In this document: positions 28,854-35,576 of the stretch, piece by piece
Numbering within the stretch: position 1 is the first letter of the stretch
How the letters are laid out: every line of letters begins with the position of its first letter
Origin: Alphaproteobacteria bacterium
Lineage (GTDB): Bacteria > Pseudomonadota > Alphaproteobacteria > Micropepsales > Micropepsaceae
Direction: 5' to 3'
Assembly (NCBI GenBank): GCA_028869355.1
Contig: JAGWSK010000360.1
Span: 1-35,576 of the forward strand
DNA length: 35,576 nucleotides
Made by a program: the position numbers and the translations under genes
The notes under the pieces: model-generated
Told to the model about the DNA's origin: nothing
The model's database searches: none
The model's input: the letters and a program-made list of their open reading frames with translations, nothing else

Positions 28854-30992
28854 ATGAGTCTGCCGCTTGCCCTTGTTCTCGTCTGCGGTGTTGTGGCCCT
28901 GATTTACGGGGGCTGGCTGGTGCAGTCGCTGCTCGCCCGATCGCCGGGCACGGCTGAAATGCAGGCAATCGCAGCGGCTATTCAGGAAGGTGCGTCGGCC
29001 TATCTCAATCGCCAGTACACGACCATCGCGATCGCCGGCGTGATCATTTTCATCATCGCCTTTGCGCTGCTCGGCTGGCAGGTCGCCGTCGGATTCCTGG
29101 TAGGCTCGATCCTTTCCGGATCGGCCGGCTACATCGGCATGAACGTGTCGGTACGTGCCAATGTGCGCACCGCCGAGGCGGCGCGGACCGGTCTTGCCGA
29201 GGGTCTTTCGGTTGCGTTCCGGTCCGGCGCGGTGACTGGGCTGCTTGTGGTCGGTCTCGCACTTCTTGGAGTGGCCGGCTATTACACCGTGCTGACGGTT
29301 GTGCTTGGGCTGTCAATCACCGATCCGACCCAGAGCCGTCTTGTGGTGACTGCTCTGGTGGCGCTCGGTTTTGGCGCCTCGCTGATTTCGATCTTCGCCC
29401 GACTTGGCGGCGGCATATTCACCAAGGGCGCGGATGTCGGCGGCGACATGGTGGGCAAGGTTGAGGCCGGCATCCCCGAGGACGATCCGCGCAATCCGGC
29501 CACGATTGCCGACAATGTCGGCGATAATGTCGGTGACTGCGCCGGCATGGCCGCCGACCTGTTCGAGACTTATGTGGTGACGACGGTCGCCACCATGGTC
29601 CTCGCGTCGATCTTTTTCATGGGCGCGGACCGCGTCGCCATGATGCTTTACCCGCTGACCATTGGAGCCGTGTGCATACTGACGTCCATCATCGGCACAT
29701 TTTTCGTGCGACTGGGCAGCAGCGGCAACATCATGGGCGCGCTGTACCGGGGACTCATCGTGACCGGCGTGCTTTCGCTGGCCGCCCTGATCCCGCTCAC
29801 CTGGTGGATTGTTGGTCTCAACACGCAATACGCGATTCTGGGCGGCGCCCGCTTCAACGGCTGGCATCTGTATCTGTGCGGCGTGACCGGTCTTGTCGTG
29901 ACCGGGCTGATCGTCTGGATCACCGAATATTATACCGGAACCAATTTCCGTCCGGTCCAGACGGTGGCCAAGGCATCCATCACCGGATCCGGCACCAACG
30001 TAATTCAAGGGCTGGCGGTAGCGATGGAATCCACAGCGATGCCGGCATTGGTGATTTGTGCAGGCATTATCGTCGGATACCTGTTGGCCGGGCTGTTCGG
30101 GATCGCCATCGCGGTCACGACCATGCTGGCGCTGGCGGGACTGATCGTGGCACTCGATGCGTTCGGCCCGGTGACCGACAACGCCGGTGGAATTGCCGAG
30201 ATGTCGGGCTTGACCGGGGCTGTGCGCAAGACAACCGATGCGCTCGATGCGGTCGGCAATACGACCAAGGCTGTGACCAAAGGCTACGCCATCGGATCGG
30301 CTGCCTTTGGCGCGCTGGTGCTGTTCGCGGCGTATACGGAGGACATCAACTACTTTGTCGCCAATGGCGACAATTTTCCCTATTTCAAGGGCCTCGAGCT
30401 TCCGACCTTCTCGCTTACCGATCCCTGGGTGGTGATCGGTCTGTTCATCGGTGGATTGTTGCCGTTTCTGTTCGGTGGCATCGCCATGACCGCGGTAGGC
30501 CGTGCGGCGAGCGCCGTCGTCGAAGAGGTACGCCGTCAGTTCCGGGAAATGCCGGGCATTATGCAGCGTACCCAAAAGCCGGATTACGGCCGAGCGGTGG
30601 ACATGCTTACCCGCGCCGCAATCCGCGAGATGATCGTGCCCTCGATGCTGCCGGTGCTCTCTCCGATCTTGCTGTTCGTGATCGTGCGCTACATCGCCGG
30701 CCCGACTTCCGGTCTGGAATCGCTCGGCGCGATGCTGCTGGGCGTGATCGTCACCGGGTTATTTGTCGCGATTTCGATGACGTCAGGGGGTGGCGCCTGG
30801 GACAACGCGAAGAAATACATCGAAGATGGTCATTACGGCGGCAAGGGATCTGACGCGCACAAGGCGGCGGTGACCGGCGATACGGTCGGCGATCCGTACA
30901 AGGACACTGCCGGTCCGGCAGTCAATCCGATGATCAAGATCACGAATATCGTGGCGCTGCTGTTGCTCGCGGTACTCGCCCGGCTGGGTTGA
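28854..30992 (+). CDS. hppA: Membrane-integral H+-translocating pyrophosphatase (K+-independent signature)
   Basis: About 712 aa and polytopic. Motifs [35 protein letters not shown] and [14 protein letters not shown]. It carries GNTTKA (Lys), the hallmark of the K+-insensitive subfamily. ATG at 28854 ([12 protein letters not shown]...). Confidence 0.93.
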   Translation: MSLPLALVLVCGVVALIYGGWLVQSLLARSPGTAEMQAIAAAIQEGASAYLNRQYTTIAIAGVIIFIIAFALLGWQVAVGFLVGSILSGSAGYIGMNVSVRANVRTAEAARTGLAEGLSVAFRSGAVTGLLVVGLALLGVAGYYTVLTVVLGLSITDPTQSRLVVTALVALGFGASLISIFARLGGGIFTKGADVGGDMVGKVEAGIPEDDPRNPATIADNVGDNVGDCAGMAADLFETYVVTTVATMVLASIFFMGADRVAMMLYPLTIGAVCILTSIIGTFFVRLGSSGNIMGALYRGLIVTGVLSLAALIPLTWWIVGLNTQYAILGGARFNGWHLYLCGVTGLVVTGLIVWITEYYTGTNFRPVQTVAKASITGSGTNVIQGLAVAMESTAMPALVICAGIIVGYLLAGLFGIAIAVTTMLALAGLIVALDAFGPVTDNAGGIAEMSGLTGAVRKTTDALDAVGNTTKAVTKGYAIGSAAFGALVLFAAYTEDINYFVANGDNFPYFKGLELPTFSLTDPWVVIGLFIGGLLPFLFGGIAMTAVGRAASAVVEEVRRQFREMPGIMQRTQKPDYGRAVDMLTRAAIREMIVPSMLPVLSPILLFVIVRYIAGPTSGLESLGAMLLGVIVTGLFVAISMTSGGGAWDNAKKYIEDGHYGGKGSDAHKAAVTGDTVGDPYKDTAGPAVNPMIKITNIVALLLLAVLARLG

Positions 30993-30998
30993 CTCGGC

Positions 30999-31487
30999 CT
31001 AGGGCGAACCTGGAACCGGCGGCGGTCCGCTGCCGCCCGGGATCGGATTGGGCGGCGCCGCCTGCCCGATTTGCCCCGGCACGGCGTTGAAGATCTGCTG
31101 GAGCAGCGTCAAGTCGCGCCCGCGCGTTGGGGTTTCACGCGTCGCGAAATCGACAACCCGGCCGTCGGCCAGAGTGTATTTGTGCATATCGGTGACTTTG
31201 CCGTCTTTCGCGAATTCTATGGCGAGAATGTTGCGCTCGGTTGCCCGCGGCGCGAAGAACGCGTTCTGCTCCACATGGGCCGACATGTAGTACCAGACGT
31301 CGTTGCCGAAAGTGGCCGAGGTGGACGGATCGCCAAGTTTCTTGCTCACGGTATCTTTGGTGTCCATTCCAACTTTGATGCTGGCGAGTGCCTGTTGATC
31401 GGGCACATAACCACGCTGATTTTCGACCGGAACGCAGCCGATCAGGATTGTGACTGCTGCTAACGTCGGAAAACTCAGGCGGCGCAT
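30999..31487 (-). CDS. bamE: Outer membrane protein assembly factor BamE (SmpA/OmlA lipoprotein)
   Basis: Lipoprotein signal MRRLSFPTLAAVTILIGC (lipobox LIGC) and SmpA/OmlA core GYVPDQQALASIKVGMDTKDTVSKKLGDPS...WYY. Pro-rich C-terminal tail. The ORF extends to ATG 31502; I prefer the second ATG at 31487. Confidence 0.75.
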   Translation of the reverse strand: MRRLSFPTLAAVTILIGCVPVENQRGYVPDQQALASIKVGMDTKDTVSKKLGDPSTSATFGNDVWYYMSAHVEQNAFFAPRATERNILAIEFAKDGKVTDMHKYTLADGRVVDFATRETPTRGRDLTLLQQIFNAVPGQIGQAAPPNPIPGGSGPPPVPGSP

Positions 31488-31572
31488 TACACAGTCTCTC
31501 ATGGCTAACCCATAGCTGCCCGAAAACGCTTTAGTTTTGCCGTGGAAAATGTTGCAAGTCCATCAGGATAGC

Positions 31573-32112
31573 ATGGATATGTTCAACAGATTACGCAAGC
31601 CGGCGCGGCCTTCTGCGGTGCAGGATTTGTACCGCGCGTTGATTGCACGCTCGCGGGAAAAGACTTTCTACCAGGAATGGCACGTCCCCGACACGATCGA
31701 CGGGCGTTTCGATCTGCTGACATTGCATGCCTTTCTGATCTTCGACGCGCTCAGCGGGCAAGGGCCGGCGGCGGCGGAATCGGGCAGCAAGCTTGCCGAT
31801 GTGATCTTTACCGGTTTTGACGAGGCCCTTCGCGAACTCGGGATCAGCGACTTCGGCATGGGACGGCGTATCCGGAACATGGCGGACGCTTTTTATGGCC
31901 GGCTGCATCATTATGGGCTTGCCCGTACACAACCTGAACTTGCTGCCGCAGTGCAACGCAATCTCTACCGTGGCGATAGCGAACGTAACGATGAAGCGGC
32001 CGGGTTGGCATCCTATATGATGGCGGCGCGGGTTCGGCTGAAAGCCGATGTACCGGCAGTGTTGGCTGGAAAACCCGACTTCGGACCACTTCCCGCGCGG
32101 TTGGATCGGTAA
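31573..32112 (+). CDS. Ubiquinol-cytochrome c chaperone (Cbp3-like) domain protein
   Basis: LYRALIARSREKTFY...DTIDGRFDLLTLHAFLIF...FDEALRELGISDFGMGRRIRNMADAFYGR. The start is ambiguous (TTG 31537; ATG 31549, 31573, 31579). AGGA at 31565-31568 favours 31573 or 31579. Confidence 0.7.
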   Translation: MDMFNRLRKPARPSAVQDLYRALIARSREKTFYQEWHVPDTIDGRFDLLTLHAFLIFDALSGQGPAAAESGSKLADVIFTGFDEALRELGISDFGMGRRIRNMADAFYGRLHHYGLARTQPELAAAVQRNLYRGDSERNDEAAGLASYMMAARVRLKADVPAVLAGKPDFGPLPARLDR

Positions 32113-32651
32113 TGAGCGGCAACCCTCAGTTTTCAAGTTTCTACGATCTCACAAATCTCCCTGACCAGGGCGCCGGCGTGACCATCGCGCCTGGCGCTGA
32201 GGAGCGGGCGCAGATCGCCGCCTGGTTGAATATCGACTCGCTTGAGGGCCTGAAGGCTTCGATCAAGTTGAGCCGGACTGCGTCCGGCCGATTCCTGTAT
32301 CGTGCACATTTTGATGCCGATGTGGTGCAGGCCTCCGTTGTCACTCTTGAACCCGTCTATTCGCATCTTTCATCCGATTTCGAGCGGTCCTACCAGCTGG
32401 CTCCCAATACGTCGCGGTCCAGCCGGAAGCGCACCACCCCGCCTGTGGTGGCGCTCAACCAGGAGGACGAGGATGCGTCCGAATTCGTGGATTCGCCGGT
32501 CATCGATATTGCCGCCCCGATCCTTGAGGAGCTGAGTCTGGCACTGGATCCCTATCCGCGACGGGAGGGAGAGGCCTTTGCGCAGCCGGAGCGTGCGGAA
32601 AACGCGCCAAATAACCCGTTTGCGATCCTGAAAAAGCTCAAGCGATCCTGA
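32112..32651 (+). CDS. yceD: YceD/DUF177 family protein (large-subunit rRNA accumulation protein)
   Basis: 179 aa with an acidic tract and the ILEELSLALDPYPRREGE motif. It lies directly upstream of rpmF, the conserved position. ATG overlaps the preceding TAA. Confidence 0.75.
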   Translation: MSGNPQFSSFYDLTNLPDQGAGVTIAPGAEERAQIAAWLNIDSLEGLKASIKLSRTASGRFLYRAHFDADVVQASVVTLEPVYSHLSSDFERSYQLAPNTSRSSRKRTTPPVVALNQEDEDASEFVDSPVIDIAAPILEELSLALDPYPRREGEAFAQPERAENAPNNPFAILKKLKRS

Positions 32652-32747
32652 AGGGGCACCCAGGCCCCTTGCGGTGACCGGCCGTTTTGGCTAACTCGGC
32701 GGTTCTTTTGCGCGCCAATTTGGCCGCTTTTTACGAAAGGTTTGGCC

Positions 32748-32927
32748 ATGGCGGTTCCAAAACGAAAAACTTCGCCGTCGAAACGCAACATGCGCCGTTC
32801 GCATCATGCGCTCGCCGCCGAAGCCTATGCCGAATGTTCGAATTGCGGTGAGCTGAAGCGCCCGCACCATGTTTGTCCGGCTTGCGGTCACTATGATGGC
32901 CGGGAAGTCGTCGCCGCTGAAGAATAG
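32748..32927 (+). CDS. rpmF: 50S ribosomal protein L32
   Basis: [19 protein letters not shown]... with a CxxC...CxxC zinc-ribbon pattern ([18 protein letters not shown]). Confidence 0.92.
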   Translation: MAVPKRKTSPSKRNMRRSHHALAAEAYAECSNCGELKRPHHVCPACGHYDGREVVAAEE

Positions 32928-33097
32928 GGATTTTTCTGCCCATTGCGCGGAAGCGGCGTTCTGAGGCGTCACCGAAGCGGGCGGTAACCCGCGAAATGTG
33001 CTGTGGGGCATCCTTTGCTGCGGCTCTGTCCCCGCGACAGGGCAAGGGATTTGACGCATGATGCGGCCCACGCCGCAAGGAAAAGATTGAACGTCTG

Positions 33098-34168
33098 TTG
33101 CTGTTATCAATTGACGCGATGGGAGGAGATTCCGGTCCGGCCGCCATATTGGCCGGCTGCGTGATTGCGCGCCGGCGTCACCCCGATGTGCGTTTTGTGC
33201 TGCATGGAGATGAGGCAGTGCTGCAGCCGTTGCTGGCGCATCGGCCGCTGCTCTCGAAATCATCGGAAATCCGCCACGCGCCATCAGTGGTCGGAATGGC
33301 CGAGAAGCCATCGCAGGCGTTGCGCCGGGGCCGCAATTCCAGCATGTGGCACGCCATCGATCTGGTTGCTTCGGGCGAATGCCGCGTCGCAGTGTCGGCC
33401 GGAAATACCGGCGCACTGATGGCAATATCGATGTTCCGAATCGGTTTGATCGAAGGGATTTCGCGGCCTGCAATCGCGGTTTTGTGGCCGACAAAGCGTG
33501 GCCAAAGCGTTGTCCTCGACGCCGGTGCAAATGCCGGCGCCGACGCACAGCAACTGGTGGATTTTGCGGTCATGGGCGAGGCGTTTGCGCGTGCGATCCT
33601 TGGCATCGACCGGCCGACCGTGAGCCTGCTGAATATCGGTGAGGAGGAGATGAAAGGAATCGAGCCGGTCAAGCGGGCAGGGCAGATCTTGCGCGAATCG
33701 AGGCTGCCGATCGAATTCTGCGGTTTCATTGAAGGAGACGGAATTGGCGAGGGCAGTGTAGATGTCGTGGTGACAGATGGATTCACCGGCAATGTTGCCC
33801 TCAAGACCGCAGAAGGTACGGCCAAACTGATCGTGTATTATCTCCGAAGCGCGCTGAAGCGCTCCGTGCTCGGTCGCGTCGGCGCTCTGCTTGCGTCAGG
33901 CGCGCTCCGAAGTTTGCAGCGCAAACTTGACCCCCGCGCCCATAATGGCGGCGTGTTTCTCGGGTTGAACGGCGTCGTGGTCAAAAGCCATGGCGGGGCC
34001 GATGCGCTCGGCTTTGCCAGCGCCATTGATGTTGCAATCGACATGGGCAGTTCGGACGTGATCGCGCGGATCCTTTCGGACCGCGCCGGGGTTGCGCAGT
34101 TGTCCGGTGAGGGCGGTTCGGCCGACCACCCTGACGGGTCCGGCCATACGAAGGCGGTCGTTTCGTGA
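33098..34168 (+). CDS. plsX: Phosphate acyltransferase PlsX
   Basis: [26 protein letters not shown] and [17 protein letters not shown] start at 33098; an in-frame TGA at 33059-33061 excludes longer forms, and ATG 33119 would cut into the conserved block. Confidence 0.92.
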   Translation: MLLSIDAMGGDSGPAAILAGCVIARRRHPDVRFVLHGDEAVLQPLLAHRPLLSKSSEIRHAPSVVGMAEKPSQALRRGRNSSMWHAIDLVASGECRVAVSAGNTGALMAISMFRIGLIEGISRPAIAVLWPTKRGQSVVLDAGANAGADAQQLVDFAVMGEAFARAILGIDRPTVSLLNIGEEEMKGIEPVKRAGQILRESRLPIEFCGFIEGDGIGEGSVDVVVTDGFTGNVALKTAEGTAKLIVYYLRSALKRSVLGRVGALLASGALRSLQRKLDPRAHNGGVFLGLNGVVVKSHGGADALGFASAIDVAIDMGSSDVIARILSDRAGVAQLSGEGGSADHPDGSGHTKAVVS

Positions 34169-35142
34169 AAACTACACGTTCGGTGGTTTTGGGCTGCGGT
34201 TCCTATCTGCCCGCCAAAATCCTGACCAATTACGATCTCGCCAAAATGGTGGACACCAGCGACGACTGGATTGTCGAGCGCACCGGCATAAAGGTCCGCC
34301 ATCTCGCACGCGAGGACGAGACGACTTCGGATCTGGCGCTGGAAGCGGCGACCCAGGCGATCCGCAACGCCGGCATCGGCGTCAACGACATCGACATGAT
34401 TGTCGTCGCGACCACCACGCCCGATGAGACTTTTCCGTCGACGGCGACGCGGGTGCAGGCAGGATTGAACATGCTGGGCGGCGCCGCCTTCGACATTCAG
34501 GCGGTGTGCTCGGGATTTATTTTTGCTGTCTCGGTCGCCGATGCGATGATCCGCTCCGGACAGGCAAAGACGGTGCTCGTGATCGGCGCCGAGACCATGT
34601 CACGCCTGCTCGACTGGAATGACCGCGGGACCTGCGTGTTGTTCGGCGATGGTGCGGGAGCGATTGTGTTGCAGGCGCATGAAGGTGACGGCAGCAATCA
34701 CGACCGCGGCGTTCTGATGACAAAGATTTTTTCCGACGGGCGTCTGCACGACCTGCTTTATGTCGACGGCGGCGTATCGACGACCGGCACGGCCGGACAC
34801 TTGCGCATGCAGGGGCGCGAAGTTTTCAAGCACGCCGTCACCAATATTGCCGCGGCAATCGAAGCGGCGGCGGGTGCTGCCGGCGTGGCATTGTCGGAAA
34901 TCGACTGGTTTGTGCCGCATCAGGCCAATCAGCGCATTCTCGCGGGTACGGCGCGAAAGCTCGGGATCAATCCCGAACGGGTGATCTCGACGGTGGCCGA
35001 GCACGGCAACACGTCCGCGGCATCGGTTCCCCTGGCCCTGTCAACCGCCGTGGAAGACGGGCGCATCAAGCGCGGCCATCTGATCCTGATGGAGGCGATG
35101 GGCGGCGGCTTCACGTGGGGCGCGAGCCTGCTGCGCTGGTAG
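34165..35142 (+). CDS. fabH: 3-oxoacyl-ACP synthase III
   Basis: Active-site Cys in [11 protein letters not shown], plus VPHQANQRI and [13 protein letters not shown] start overlaps the plsX TGA (GTGA). Confidence 0.93.
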   Translation: MKTTRSVVLGCGSYLPAKILTNYDLAKMVDTSDDWIVERTGIKVRHLAREDETTSDLALEAATQAIRNAGIGVNDIDMIVVATTTPDETFPSTATRVQAGLNMLGGAAFDIQAVCSGFIFAVSVADAMIRSGQAKTVLVIGAETMSRLLDWNDRGTCVLFGDGAGAIVLQAHEGDGSNHDRGVLMTKIFSDGRLHDLLYVDGGVSTTGTAGHLRMQGREVFKHAVTNIAAAIEAAAGAAGVALSEIDWFVPHQANQRILAGTARKLGINPERVISTVAEHGNTSAASVPLALSTAVEDGRIKRGHLILMEAMGGGFTWGASLLRW

Positions 35143-35320
35143 CGGGCCCGGCGGAACCGCACCAATTTATCGCAAAATCAATTCCCTAACGTCGTTTTTA
35201 ACTATTTCACGGAACTTCAAAAACCTCTACGTTGTGGACTTGCGGTGTAGGGGAGCGCAGCCCCCGGACGGAGATTTCCGGCCGGGAACCGAAGCTGGAC
35301 GGGTTAGGAATGGGGGTCAT

Positions 35321-35576
35321 ATGGCCACGAAAACTCTGACGCGTGCTGATCTTACCGAGGCGGTGTTTGCGGCGGTTGGGCTTCCGCGCAACGAAGCATC
35401 ACAACTGGTCGAAGATATCCTTGAAGAGGTTTGCGGCGCATTGTCCCGTGGCGAGACGGTGAAACTTTCCTCTTTCGGCACCTTTCAGGTGCGGCAGAAA
35501 TCGCAGCGGATCGGTCGCAATCCAAAGACCGGCGATGAAGTTCCAATCGCGCCACGCCGGGTTCTGGTGTTCCGCC
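35321..35576 (+). CDS. ihfA: Integration host factor subunit alpha, N-terminal about 85 aa (3' end outside the window)
   Basis: ATG 35321; [85 protein letters not shown]. Open to the window end. Confidence 0.9.
   Translation, partial: MATKTLTRADLTEAVFAAVGLPRNEASQLVEDILEEVCGALSRGETVKLSSFGTFQVRQKSQRIGRNPKTGDEVPIAPRRVLVFR

Noticed and set aside
29313-30575. 420-aa ORF antisense to hppA, plus the 393-aa alternative-frame sense ORF at 29672-30853
   Set aside because: Both sit entirely inside the H+-PPase gene, which has all family motifs. Their compositions (Arg/His/Gly/Asp-rich) are not protein-like.

Overview
This 35.6-kb GC-rich segment reads as conserved core chromosome of an alphaproteobacterium, probably Hyphomicrobiales/Rhizobiales-like. 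The markers are a lipoyl-domain-bearing PdhB, ALA synthase, MucR/Ros, PCu(A)C, H+-PPase, and the glyA-nrdR-rib-nusB-thiL and yceD-rpmF-plsX-fabH-ihfA syntenies. I call 37 protein-coding genes, 2 of them cut by the window edges. They are tightly packed, with many overlapping stop/start codons and several TTG/GTG starts. Gene order: ftsB' | pdhA-pdhB-pdhC-lpdA | (minus) DUF502 + secreted unknown | metG | (minus) bpt, penicillin-acylase-family hydrolase | marR-emrA-emrB | PCu(A)C-tetR | (minus) hemB | hydroxyisobutyryl-CoA-hydrolase-like, MarR-like, hemA | (minus) mucR | glyA-nrdR-ribD-ribE-ribBX-ribH-nusB-thiL | hppA | (minus) bamE | Cbp3-like-yceD-rpmF-plsX-fabH-ihfA'. I recognise no rRNA, tRNA, CRISPR array, transposase/integrase, phage or known defence gene, and no riboswitch I can defend. 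I do not see a convincing novel multi-gene system; most of the window is housekeeping. Five leads deserve a second look: (1) an AT-rich, repeat- and dyad-dense control region (7217-7509) in front of an uncharacterised DUF502 + secreted-protein operon; (2) a MucR/Ros homologue in which three of the four canonical zinc ligands are replaced (C-D-Y-Y); (3) interleaved inverted repeats with pseudoknot topology between the acylase gene and bpt; (4) the acylase / marR-emrAB / PCu(A)C-tetR accessory-looking stretch; (5) a RibB-RibA fusion whose RibA half lacks the catalytic zinc cysteines. All homology calls come from motif recognition by eye, not from database searches.
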